Positions 40,253-49,516 of a DNA stretch of 64,000 nucleotides are shown here, piece after piece. How positions within the stretch are numbered: the stretch's first letter is position 1; every line of letters starts with the position of its first letter. The notes beneath the pieces are model-generated. The model saw nothing but the letters and a program-made list of their open reading frames with translations, was not told the origin of the DNA and searched no databases. A program made the position numbers and the translations under genes. This DNA is from a virus (lineage: Duplodnaviria; Caudoviricetes), in IMG/VR virus record IMGVR_UViG_3300023084_000017, positions 1,041 through 65,040 of that record; one strand, written 5' to 3'.

Positions 40253-40323
40253 TACGGGGTTTTGTATAGGTGAAATGAGGGTCAAAAACCTGATATGTGT
40301 GTGGGCAAGTAAGCTCCTACCCC

Positions 40324-40764
40324 TTATTCCCCATACTCTATCTGGAACTGTATCTCCTCTTCTTCCCCAGCTACGATATCGAGAGCAGAACGTTTACCCC
40401 ATTTTTTAGGCATCGACCTCTCGAGCCACCAGGCACTAGCCTGCCATGACCCATTGTCAGCAGCCTTCCTTATATTCCTTATATGAGCACCCTCTGCTTC
40501 GGCTCTTGCTCTTTTTATAGCGTCCGAAAACTCCGAATACATATTAACAACCTCAACTTCACCATCCTCTTGTATTGCTGGTAAGGAATCAGATTGACCT
40601 GACTCTAGGGCTTTTTGATGCTCTTCACCCTTTTTCATCCAGTCATAGTAGGTAGAAGTAGAGATACCTGCCATAGTGGCAGCGTCTTCTTGGTAGTAGC
40701 CGAGCTTAAGCCAGTTACAGATATCCTCAATCAACTGAGGTGTTAATTTAGTAGGTCTTGCCAT
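40324..40764 (-). CDS. terS: Terminase small subunit (HTH)
   Basis: MARPTKLT..AGIS.STYY.W..AR.EAE..WQA.AW.LER..P..WG. Confidence 0.75.
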   Translation of the reverse strand: MARPTKLTPQLIEDICNWLKLGYYQEDAATMAGISTSTYYDWMKKGEEHQKALESGQSDSLPAIQEDGEVEVVNMYSEFSDAIKRARAEAEGAHIRNIRKAADNGSWQASAWWLERSMPKKWGKRSALDIVAGEEEEIQFQIEYGE

Positions 40765-40779
40765 AAGGGAATTCTACCA
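40765..40779 (-). promoter_or_regulatory. Extended -10 promoter for a leaderless terS transcript
   Basis: TGG-TAGAAT-6 nt-ATG; the same geometry occurs at 37405-37416 and 24609-24620. Confidence 0.55.
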
Positions 40780-40951
40780 TGATATAGGTAGAGAGTAGGG
40801 GATAGGGGAGTGTAGGTATGACCTATACATCAAAAACTAGAAAAAAATTTACGGGGAGCCAAGTGTATAAAAGGATATATTTTTTTTGATTTTAGACCCC
40901 CCTACCCAAGGGTGGCAATGATGATGAAGTATATATATAGAAAGGATACTA

Positions 40952-41533
40952 ATGAGTACAAATGTATTCACTATTGACTTTGAAACAGTAGCTCCAGAGA
41001 ACTACTTTGAAATCAGAGACTTTAGTGACATATGGCAAATTGGTATTACTAGAGTTAGTGATGGTGAGACAAGAGTATGGGATGTCAAACCTCATGAAAA
41101 ACATTATTCATTACCATATACAGAATGGTTTGAATATAGAAAGTACTCTAGAAATACTAAGTCTAAGTTAGCTAATGCTAAATCACTAGTAGATATCTAT
41201 TCTGAAATTATAGAGTTTATTGGTACAGATGGTGTACTAATAGCACATAATGCATTCAGATTTGATAAACCTGCTTGGGAGCAAACTCTCGAATTACATA
41301 ACTTAGAGACAACTAATCATATCTGGTTAGATACAAAGCATGAGTATGCCAAAGTATATCCAGATAAGAAACACAGACTCAAAAATATGGTAGAAGAATA
41401 TACAAATCTAACATATGATGAATCTAAAGAAGGTGATGCACATAATGCAGGATGGGATAGTTATGCTCTATATGAAGTATATAGAACTATATCTGGTCTA
41501 GATGCATTTGATTATCACTGGACACAACAATAG
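40952..41533 (+). CDS. DEDDh 3'-5' exonuclease (second copy)
   Basis: DFET..AHNA.FD..H.A..D; AGAAAGGA RBS. Confidence 0.85.
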   Translation: MSTNVFTIDFETVAPENYFEIRDFSDIWQIGITRVSDGETRVWDVKPHEKHYSLPYTEWFEYRKYSRNTKSKLANAKSLVDIYSEIIEFIGTDGVLIAHNAFRFDKPAWEQTLELHNLETTNHIWLDTKHEYAKVYPDKKHRLKNMVEEYTNLTYDESKEGDAHNAGWDSYALYEVYRTISGLDAFDYHWTQQ

Positions 41534-41547
41534 GGAAAGGAGAGAAT

Positions 41548-41712
41548 ATGACACAGTCAGACCCAATTTATGGGGTAATTGCTATGTCATTTCTGTTTGG
41601 CTTAGGGGTAACACTCTTAGCTGGATGGGTATGGCTATATGCAACTGAGTGGCTAATGGCAAAGTTCAATGTATCTGACCCATTAGACAGACACTACAAG
41701 AACTTGTTCTAG
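41548..41712 (+). CDS. 54-aa membrane peptide
   Basis: GAAAGGAG RBS; hydrophobic VIAMSFLFGLGVTLLAGWVWLY segment. Confidence 0.6.
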   Translation: MTQSDPIYGVIAMSFLFGLGVTLLAGWVWLYATEWLMAKFNVSDPLDRHYKNLF

Positions 41713-41787
41713 TAGATAAATCAAGCTCATCTTAACAGGTGGGCTTGGACTTATCTATAAAGATAAGAGAATAGAAAGGAGAGACCA

Positions 41788-41889
41788 ATGTCTAGTCTTA
41801 ACGTTGGGATTGATTGGCTAAATCCTTGTGAAAAATGTTCAACAGAAAATGAACAAACATTTCACAATGATGGTAATGAGTGTGCATAA
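41788..41889 (+). CDS. 33-aa Cys/His peptide (CEKC...H....EC)
   Basis: TAGAAAGGAGA RBS; TAATG coupling to the next ORF. Confidence 0.55.
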   Translation: MSSLNVGIDWLNPCEKCSTENEQTFHNDGNECA

Positions 41890-41951
41890 TGGCAGACTCT
41901 AAACAATGCACATGTGACCCAGTTCATGTGTGCAAACTACTTAATAAATAG
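41889..41951 (+). CDS. 20-aa peptide MADSKQCTCDPVHVCKLLNK
   Basis: Translationally coupled; motif shared with the C-terminus of 42492..42740. Confidence 0.5.
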   Translation: MADSKQCTCDPVHVCKLLNK

Positions 41952-41963
41952 AAAGGAGACTAC

Positions 41964-42095
41964 ATGATAAGGCGTATATTGTCTTATTGGAGAATACGTA
42001 ATCTCATACTTGCACTTCTATATCAACGCAGAAATAGATTTGTTAGCAGAATTGCTTTCAAGTTATGGCTGTATGTAGATGAAGTAGGCGTGTAG
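41964..42095 (+). CDS. 43-aa cationic amphipathic peptide
   Basis: TAGAAAGGAGAC RBS; MIRRILSYWRIRNLILALLYQRRNRF... Confidence 0.5.
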   Translation: MIRRILSYWRIRNLILALLYQRRNRFVSRIAFKLWLYVDEVGV

Positions 42096-42163
42096 ATAGA
42101 TAATGCCCATGGGAAACTGTGGGCATTGACCTATCTATGTGGATAGGAGAAACGGAGAAGCTA

Positions 42164-42424
42164 ATGGCTAGAAACCATGAGCGTAATAGTTCTGTAGCTG
42201 AGTCTATAGATACTGCTAATGAATCAGGAGACTGGATGAGCAGTTATCTTAGAGGAGATATAGAGCTAGTCGGTGGCAATGGTAAGTTCAGAAGAACTGA
42301 AGATGCTACTACTAAACAAACTAAAGATAAAAACAACATTACTGAGGAAGACTTAGTCAATGAATTAGAGAATGATGGTGATTTCTTTAATGAAATGATG
42401 AACGCTTTTAAGAGTAATGAATAG
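42164..42424 (+). CDS. Hypothetical early protein
   Basis: ORF 42119..42424; likely start MARNHE behind GGAGA. Confidence 0.6.
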   Translation: MARNHERNSSVAESIDTANESGDWMSSYLRGDIELVGGNGKFRRTEDATTKQTKDKNNITEEDLVNELENDGDFFNEMMNAFKSNE

Positions 42425-42491
42425 ACAATACTATGACTGGACGGCTGAGATTGACGAACTCGGCTGTCCTGTTGGATAGAAAGGAGAATAT

Positions 42492-42740
42492 ATGAGCGAG
42501 AGCTTGCTCAATTTAGATGAAGATACCATCTTAAGTATCAGAAATCGATATAGAGGAATAGTTCAAGTATTAGAACGAACTCCTGAACAGCAAGAATTCT
42601 TTGCTGAGAAAAAGAAATACTATGAAGAACAGGAAGCATTGGGTAATGATAACCCATTGCCTTATCTGCACTATCTAAAGAGAAAGAAATACAGAGAAAT
42701 GCTAGGCACATGTTCATGTGACCCAGTACACGTCTGTTAG
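42492..42740 (+). CDS. Hypothetical early protein ending CSCDPVHVC
   Basis: TAGAAAGGAGA RBS. Confidence 0.65.
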   Translation: MSESLLNLDEDTILSIRNRYRGIVQVLERTPEQQEFFAEKKKYYEEQEALGNDNPLPYLHYLKRKKYREMLGTCSCDPVHVC

Positions 42741-42751
42741 AAAGGAGAGAT

Positions 42752-43090
42752 ATGACTGAACTATTTGAAATCAAGTATCACAACTCAATATTTAATGTTG
42801 AGTTATGTGAACACCCAGATAGTTATTCATACCAAACATATGTTACTCACGGAAGTAGTGGTGACTTGTTAATGGGAGGATTTGAAACAATCAATGAGTG
42901 TATTGATTACATTAAATCTGAATGTAAAGCAAGTTCTGAACATTACGTAAGTGAATGGCATTCAATGTTAGAACCATATGGAACAACCTGTTTCTGTTTA
43001 GAAGATAACTGGAAAGATATTCCAGAAGGAACAATGTTAAACAACATTAACAGAGAAAGGTTAGGAAACACTTATACAGTGTTTGAATAG
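42752..43090 (+). CDS. Hypothetical early protein
   Basis: TAGAAAGGAGA RBS. Confidence 0.65.
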   Translation: MTELFEIKYHNSIFNVELCEHPDSYSYQTYVTHGSSGDLLMGGFETINECIDYIKSECKASSEHYVSEWHSMLEPYGTTCFCLEDNWKDIPEGTMLNNINRERLGNTYTVFE

Positions 43091-43100
43091 AAAGGAGAGT

Positions 43101-43244
43101 ATGAAGTACTTACTATATAGGCTATTGCCTTTATTTGTACTAGAACGATTGGCTGAAAGGAAGTATCAAAGGGAAACCTTAATAGATACAACCTATGATT
43201 CAATCATAGATAAGTCCTACTTTACAGTAGGAAGAAAGGGGTAG
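43101..43244 (+). CDS. 47-aa hypothetical protein
   Basis: TAGAAAGGAGA RBS; MKYLLYRLLPLFVLERLAERKY... Confidence 0.45.
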   Translation: MKYLLYRLLPLFVLERLAERKYQRETLIDTTYDSIIDKSYFTVGRKG

Positions 43245-43373
43245 GATGCAAGAACTACTCAAGACCGAAGATACTTTAAGTATTAACGGTTCAATATATA
43301 GGGAGATGGTAGATTCGTTTACCATCCCCTTCTTAGTAACAGAAGACATTGAAATCATAAAGGAGGATAAATA

Positions 43374-43598
43374 ATGTCACAGGTACGTTGGGCAAAAGCC
43401 CTTTCTCAACTCGAGAAGAAAATGGAAGATAACAAAGTAGAATATCAAATCGCTGATGAGGTAAAGCTCAGCATTGAAGCGAACGATGCAAGAGACGATG
43501 ATTCTGTAAAGGCAATCATTGAGGAAGTATGTTTCGCTTTTGGCGGTGGAGATGTTGTTACTATCTTCGACATAGTGAAAGAAGACCAAGAGTCTTAA
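43374..43598 (+). CDS. 74-aa acidic protein flanked by hairpins
   Basis: AAAGGAGG RBS; stem-loops at 43301-43329 and 43598-43634. Confidence 0.7.
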   Translation: MSQVRWAKALSQLEKKMEDNKVEYQIADEVKLSIEANDARDDDSVKAIIEEVCFAFGGGDVVTIFDIVKEDQES

Positions 43599-43795
43599 TA
43601 GCTCGGAGCCCATTACGGTGGGCTCTAGGGTATTGGGATGGTCCTAATATCAGAAAGGTAATCATGGATATTAAAACTGATTATGACTTACTTGTTAAAG
43701 ATGGTGAGTCAGATGATGTTATAAAAGAAATCTTACACTTAATCTGGATTCCAGAGGTAGTGGAGGAGTTCTTTAAAAATAAAAAATAAATACCG

Positions 43796-43825
43796 TGTAA
43801 CCAAATCTCCTATTGGAAGGTCTAA
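43796..43825 (+). promoter_or_regulatory. ECF-sigma-like promoter TGTAACC-N17-GTCTAA
   Basis: One of seven copies with identical 17-nt spacing; upstream of the amidoligase. Confidence 0.7.
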
Positions 43826-43884
43826 TAGGGGAACGGTACAGACATTGCTACATCAGAAATGAGTAGCAGAAGGAGGAAGGATAA

Positions 43885-45795
43885 ATGAAAGTATTGCAAT
43901 TGGCTGAGGCCAACGCAATTGCTGATGCACAACCCGACATCAATCATGCACCTAATTTTAGGTATGGTGATTATGACGGACTTGTGTTCCTATGTGACGT
44001 TAACGAAATCGTCACTCAAACACATATAAGTAACTGTGGTCAAACAGAATACTTGTATTCAATACTGGAACCTTATCTTCAATTATTTGATGATAAAGGT
44101 TATGACATACTTGATTGGATAGAAGAACTAGACAATCAAATGAATCAAGTAGCTAATTCCTTACACCTAAAGGACTGGGTCTTAACAAAAGAAACAGATT
44201 CTATTAACCAAGGTGTGATGATTGGTATTTACCAAATGGATACTACTGTATTCGGTGGTTATGCGAACCATGAGTGGCAAACCTACTTTACCAACAATGA
44301 TGGTAAGGTTACTAACTATGGTCGTCGTATGGCCATGGAGAAAAGTAGCAGTAGGTTCATGCCACTTCGTGACTTAGAACAGAACATTGGTGCTCGATAC
44401 ACTAAGTGTGTCATGTGTCAATGCTTCAACAAAGTCAGAACACACATGGTACCAATACGACATGCTAAGCCTGGTGCAAGGCAAGCTTGGAGCAACAGAA
44501 AGAATGTATGTATATCATGCATCAAGTATGTTGCCAAAGACCAACTTGTATCACAGAACAGACCAAATCTAAGATTGTGGCAAGGTTCAGTAGGATTCGA
44601 TGGCATAGACCAACTATTCTACAACCCTTCACGAGATGATTGGTCATGGAATGATACTTGGGGAACTGATGTATTCGAGAATGCAAATGCTGAATACAAA
44701 AGATTCTTCCGCAAGTTAGATGAAGATACCATCTTCAGAATCAGAATGATTGAACGAATTGATATTCCTAGATGGACATTTAGATTCGATACAACATTCC
44801 ACAATTGGAACTACAGGTTCCCTGTGAGATTAGTAGGAGTTAGAGAAGATGGATTGATAGAATCAGACAGTCCTGGTGGAAATTACCAAGATACTGATTG
44901 GTTCTACAACACAGGTCCTTACTATGGTATGGAGTTTGAATGCTTTGTCAGAAATGACAGAAGTGATTACAGAGATTCCAACATAGTAATGGAAGATACA
45001 ATCCGTATGTTCCACGATACTGATTATCCAAAGGCACATATGGAGTTCTATGATGGTGAGCATCAACTGTTGTACAGAAAACATGATGGTAGCTTAAGAG
45101 ATGGTATAGGAGTTGAGTTTGTATCTCAACCACTTAGCTATGACTACTGGATGAAAGAAATACCACAGAGATTCTGGGATTATTTCCAGAACAATTTCAG
45201 AGCTAGGAACTCTGAGGAATGTGGAATACACATTCATATTGGATGGGATAGTATGCAAGTTGCAGAACGTTATGTATTCCTTAAGATACTAAACGAGCTC
45301 AACAAGAAACGAAGCCCATTACTTGCAGCTATTGCAGGTAGAGATAGTACATACTATGCAACATGGAACACTCTGTTCTATCAAGGTAGTGCAGATACAG
45401 CATTCATGGTTGCAATGGAAAAGAAGCAGACAAGTCAGTCTTCTACTCCTAAGTACAATGCTATCAATACATTGCATGACAGCACTATAGAGTTGAGATA
45501 CTTTCAGGGTAATACAGGTAGAAAATCTATCTTAGGTATTGTCCAGTTTGTTGACTTAATCTACAGACATGCTGTTGATGTAATACATTCTGACACACAT
45601 AGTGAAGGTACTAGATGGGACTACTCGCAAGAAGGTCCACGTACATTCCTACAAAGTCAGTTAGACAAAATAAACAACAATGTGGATGAGTACTTACTAG
45701 ATGTACTCAGTAACTATCCGAACGACAGGATTAATTACTTAGTCCACAGATTAGAAATGGCAGACTACGAGTTGCCAGAAAACATAAACATATAA
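43885..45795 (+). CDS. Putative amidoligase (COOH-NH2 ligase, glutamine synthetase/GCS fold) with a long N-terminal region
   Basis: GMEFE..HDGSL..VEFVSQP..CGIHIH..KY.AIN..TIELRYF. Confidence 0.85.
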   Translation: MKVLQLAEANAIADAQPDINHAPNFRYGDYDGLVFLCDVNEIVTQTHISNCGQTEYLYSILEPYLQLFDDKGYDILDWIEELDNQMNQVANSLHLKDWVLTKETDSINQGVMIGIYQMDTTVFGGYANHEWQTYFTNNDGKVTNYGRRMAMEKSSSRFMPLRDLEQNIGARYTKCVMCQCFNKVRTHMVPIRHAKPGARQAWSNRKNVCISCIKYVAKDQLVSQNRPNLRLWQGSVGFDGIDQLFYNPSRDDWSWNDTWGTDVFENANAEYKRFFRKLDEDTIFRIRMIERIDIPRWTFRFDTTFHNWNYRFPVRLVGVREDGLIESDSPGGNYQDTDWFYNTGPYYGMEFECFVRNDRSDYRDSNIVMEDTIRMFHDTDYPKAHMEFYDGEHQLLYRKHDGSLRDGIGVEFVSQPLSYDYWMKEIPQRFWDYFQNNFRARNSEECGIHIHIGWDSMQVAERYVFLKILNELNKKRSPLLAAIAGRDSTYYATWNTLFYQGSADTAFMVAMEKKQTSQSSTPKYNAINTLHDSTIELRYFQGNTGRKSILGIVQFVDLIYRHAVDVIHSDTHSEGTRWDYSQEGPRTFLQSQLDKINNNVDEYLLDVLSNYPNDRINYLVHRLEMADYELPENINI

Positions 45796-45808
45796 AGAAA
45801 GGAAATAT

Positions 45809-46747
45809 ATGTGCGTAATAGCAAGCGTCCCTGCGACGAAAAACATAGATAACAATACCCTTGACCAAATGTGGAAGAGAAACCCAGATGGTGGAGGTAT
45901 TGCTTGGATAGATGAGAATGGAAAGGTTCAAGTCTACAAGACAATGAAACTCAAGAGCTTCAAGCAGAAGTTCAAAGAGGTGGTAGCTAAGTATGGTAAG
46001 TCAGACATACTTGTACACATGAGAATAGCAACTCATGGTTCTGTATGTATTGATAACAACCATCCATTCCACATCGACCCTAATACGGTCTTTGCACACA
46101 ATGGAATCATGCCTAGTGAGTTCCATCCACCTGCTAAGTCAGATATGTCTGATACAAGATACTTCAATCAAGTATTCTTGCAGAATGTCAAGCCGACTGC
46201 ATTTGATGATGAGCAGTTCAGAACAGCACTTGGAGATATCGTAGGCTTCAACAAGCTAGTGATACTCTCAGCCAACAAGAGACTGAAGAAAGAATCGTAC
46301 ATTATCAATGAGCATATGGGTTCATGGGAGAAAGGTGTTTGGTATTCCAATACACATCACAAACCATACAAGAAACCTACAAGCATAATCGGCAGCACAA
46401 CTATACAGCCAAGGTTGTTAGACACAACTGAGGATGCATGCTTCATCAATGAAGATACTGGTGACATCTGGTATGAAGATGCTCATGACATTATTTACTC
46501 AGAGTTTATACCTGAGGATATGTTAGATGATGTTGAGTTGCAGGACAAGATAACAGTAATGCTAGAAAATTCAGTGATGGATTACTACACAGTAGATGAC
46601 CTAATCATTGACTATGCATTACAGTTTGTTCCTGAGACCAAGTCATTCCAATGTGAAGAATGTGGAGCAGAGGTTGACGACAAGCTTAAGAGAGCATGTA
46701 ACAAAGAATGTGAGTGTCAATACTTACAAGAAATGACAAGGAGGTAA
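45809..46747 (+). CDS. Class II (Ntn) glutamine amidotransferase
   Basis: Cys2 nucleophile (MCVI), NPDG.G, H.RIATHG, N.HPF, HNG, SDT motifs; C-terminal Cys cluster. Confidence 0.9.
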   Translation: MCVIASVPATKNIDNNTLDQMWKRNPDGGGIAWIDENGKVQVYKTMKLKSFKQKFKEVVAKYGKSDILVHMRIATHGSVCIDNNHPFHIDPNTVFAHNGIMPSEFHPPAKSDMSDTRYFNQVFLQNVKPTAFDDEQFRTALGDIVGFNKLVILSANKRLKKESYIINEHMGSWEKGVWYSNTHHKPYKKPTSIIGSTTIQPRLLDTTEDACFINEDTGDIWYEDAHDIIYSEFIPEDMLDDVELQDKITVMLENSVMDYYTVDDLIIDYALQFVPETKSFQCEECGAEVDDKLKRACNKECECQYLQEMTRR

Positions 46748-46748
46748 C

Positions 46749-47138
46749 GTGGTAGTTCCTGACTGGAATAGAGTAGGTTCGCAAGAGCCTACTCAATCTA
46801 TTGGTAACAACGAGTCATATCCTTTATATCAGAGAGAAGAAGATGATATAGAAAATAGACGAGTAAGAATAACAACTGAACATGTAGGTAGAGTAACTTA
46901 CACAGAGAATGGTTATACAACTTATAACATGAGTGAAGTACTTGACTATGCAGTTGAAGTGGGATACTTAGGTTCCACTGACAGACTAGCTGGTAACCTA
47001 CCTTTAGATAACGTATTGAGAGAGTGGGCTCAAGAATTATTTGAAGAGAATTGGGATATTGACGATTATGAAAACTACGAAACTGGTGATGATTATGAAC
47101 AACAAGATTCATACATCGAAGACGTAGAAATTATATAA
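46749..47138 (+). CDS. Acidic PxWN-family protein 1
   Basis: Starts MVVPDWNR; GGAGG RBS; Asp/Glu/Tyr-rich. Confidence 0.7.
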   Translation: MVVPDWNRVGSQEPTQSIGNNESYPLYQREEDDIENRRVRITTEHVGRVTYTENGYTTYNMSEVLDYAVEVGYLGSTDRLAGNLPLDNVLREWAQELFEENWDIDDYENYETGDDYEQQDSYIEDVEII

Positions 47139-47152
47139 GAAAGGAGATTACA

Positions 47153-48223
47153 TTGGACGACCAACGTAAATCAGAAATCAAAAGAAAAATAACATACAAC
47201 ATGGACATGGATGTTCATGGATATGGTTACAAACCAAGCGTCTACTTTATTGGTAGAAACTTAGTGCAGTCTGCACTTGCAAGTAAGGAAGCTCAAGCAG
47301 AGCATGCATTCTTTACACTAGAAGGTCTGCCTATGGGTATGGAGTTGGAAGTTGAATACAGAAGAGATGTCTACTGTGACATTGAAGATGTAATTCATAC
47401 TATCAACAAGGAAGCTATGAGTAGAGCCTATGTAGATAGGTTCAATGAGTACGACAATGATGTTCTTACTCACCATACTGTATCACCAGTACAGTTCTTC
47501 ATAGCTAAGACTGACGGTTCACTAAGTGATGGTATTGAGTTTGTATCTCAACCAATGTCACTTGGTGTATGGAGAGACATACCATTGGTGTTCGAGGACT
47601 ACAATGATGTCTTTGCTGCATTCCACAGACGAACTACTGGATTGCACATTCATGTACCGAAAGCTGCATTTACAGATTCACATCTATTCACATGGATGTT
47701 GTTGATGCAGACACTTGGTAAAACAAGTATCAATCACAATACAACAGGCTCACTATTGTCCCTTATTGGTCAGAGAAGATTCAATAACTGGGCAAGGTTT
47801 GAACAACCAACAGTGAGTGCAGAAGTTAAATCTAAGTTAGCACAAGTTGCAATCGATAGAACGAATACTGATGGACAAAGATATAAGTATCTCAATCTAC
47901 ATCCGCAACACACAATAGAACTTAGGTTCTTCAAAGCTAACCTTAAGACAAATCGACTACTCAAGAACTTAGAGTTTGTCGATTCAACTTATGAATACAC
48001 AAAGATGCTTGACACAACTAAGGATAGTATGACAATACTAGACAGTGTGTTGAGTGCTAGTGATTGGTATGAGTACATTCAACAAGAGAAGTACTCAAAC
48101 TTAACAGAGTATCTAAGACCATACGAACACAGATTCGGTAGTCAATTAGATGCATTAGATACTAGATACGACTTGGACAATGAGTTTGACCAAGAAGTTC
48201 TAGCACATATGAAAGGAGAATAG
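47153..48223 (+). CDS. Second putative amidoligase
   Basis: GMELE..DGSL..IEFVSQP..GLHIH..RY..LN..TIELRFF. Confidence 0.85.
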   Translation: MDDQRKSEIKRKITYNMDMDVHGYGYKPSVYFIGRNLVQSALASKEAQAEHAFFTLEGLPMGMELEVEYRRDVYCDIEDVIHTINKEAMSRAYVDRFNEYDNDVLTHHTVSPVQFFIAKTDGSLSDGIEFVSQPMSLGVWRDIPLVFEDYNDVFAAFHRRTTGLHIHVPKAAFTDSHLFTWMLLMQTLGKTSINHNTTGSLLSLIGQRRFNNWARFEQPTVSAEVKSKLAQVAIDRTNTDGQRYKYLNLHPQHTIELRFFKANLKTNRLLKNLEFVDSTYEYTKMLDTTKDSMTILDSVLSASDWYEYIQQEKYSNLTEYLRPYEHRFGSQLDALDTRYDLDNEFDQEVLAHMKGE

Positions 48224-48402
48224 TGGACAAAAAATATAGAGTCCTGTATTGGGACGTTAGAGAACGTGATAAAGATATTATCACTACAACTATCGACCAT
48301 TACGCAGATGCATACAACTTCGCTTTTAACAGAGGCGGAGTTGTATTAGAGGAAGTAGTAAGCTTCGTTAGTTTATATGACGAAGGATTGGAGGAAGAAT
48401 AA

Positions 48403-48819
48403 ATGGCAACTGTACCAGCTTGGAACAGAATCAAAACAAGACTTGAGGAGTTAGGCTATAGCCTAACCCTCGAGCAGTTTAAAAACCTAGAGATAGATAT
48501 CAGAATCATAGAGACTGGAACATGTGTTTACACACAGGAATCTAGAATCAGAGGTGACTTAGACACCTTAGTAGATATAGATGATGTGTTAGATTACGAC
48601 GCTGATGAATATGCTTTAGGTGACAGAATATCTGATTCACTTAGAGATACAGGTGAAATCTATGAAGGAAGCGTTACCAATGTTGAGTATGAAGACCATG
48701 ATGTAGATGAATGCTACATTGAGAATATCTATTACTCAGTAACCATGGAAGATGGTGAGGTTGTTAACTTAAACAAATCTGACATAACAGAACTATTACA
48801 AACACTAGGGAGGGAATAA
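48403..48819 (+). CDS. Acidic PxWN-family protein 2
   Basis: Starts MATVPAWNR; GGAGG RBS. Confidence 0.7.
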   Translation: MATVPAWNRIKTRLEELGYSLTLEQFKNLEIDIRIIETGTCVYTQESRIRGDLDTLVDIDDVLDYDADEYALGDRISDSLRDTGEIYEGSVTNVEYEDHDVDECYIENIYYSVTMEDGEVVNLNKSDITELLQTLGRE

Positions 48820-48913
48820 TGGATAATTATCAATACAATTATTTACATGAAGAATACGTCAATCCATTTGACGCAGAAAATATGTACGAAGATAGTTTAG
48901 AAGAGGAGTAGTA

Positions 48914-49120
48914 ATGAAAAATTTATGCCCACACAGGTACGAAGTTGCTCTCAGCTTTGCTCTTATCGGTATTGGTAAGAACAAAGAGGAGGCTATAGAA
49001 GAAGCATTGACTTGGGGTTTCCCCGATAGTAGTGCTGATATTAGAGATATGATTACAGTAAACAATGTAGAACAATCATGGGATATGGACACATGTGATA
49101 TATGTGAGGAGGAGGAATAA
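48914..49120 (+). CDS. Hypothetical protein
   Basis: GAGGAG RBS; KEEAIEEA motif common in small phage proteins. Confidence 0.6.
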   Translation: MKNLCPHRYEVALSFALIGIGKNKEEAIEEALTWGFPDSSADIRDMITVNNVEQSWDMDTCDICEEEE

Positions 49121-49516
49121 ATGACGATACCAAAATGGAATCAAACAGAAACAACACTATCTAACGATAGATTAAGTATGAGTAGTGCTGGAGATACAGA
49201 ATACTACATAGATGTACAACGAGATATTGTTAGAAGTGTACGATACCATCAGTCTGCTGCTTTGTATGTCACATTGCAACAACTGATTGAACTAGATTAC
49301 CTACCAAGTTCAGCGTATCATTATGAAGAAGATGGTATGGGTGGATTTGATGTAGAGATTACAGACCAACATGCAATGAATGTTGCATTAGAAGAATATG
49401 CATCAGACCAAGATGCTGATGATACATTCTTTGAAGCATATGAAGAAGAAGCATATGACTCTGGTGATGTTATTAGTACAACTGATACAGAGGTATATGA
49501 GTGGGGTGTTAACTAA
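49121..49516 (+). CDS. Acidic PxWN-family protein 3
   Basis: Starts MTIPKWNQ; GGAGG RBS. Confidence 0.7.
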   Translation: MTIPKWNQTETTLSNDRLSMSSAGDTEYYIDVQRDIVRSVRYHQSAALYVTLQQLIELDYLPSSAYHYEEDGMGGFDVEITDQHAMNVALEEYASDQDADDTFFEAYEEEAYDSGDVISTTDTEVYEWGVN

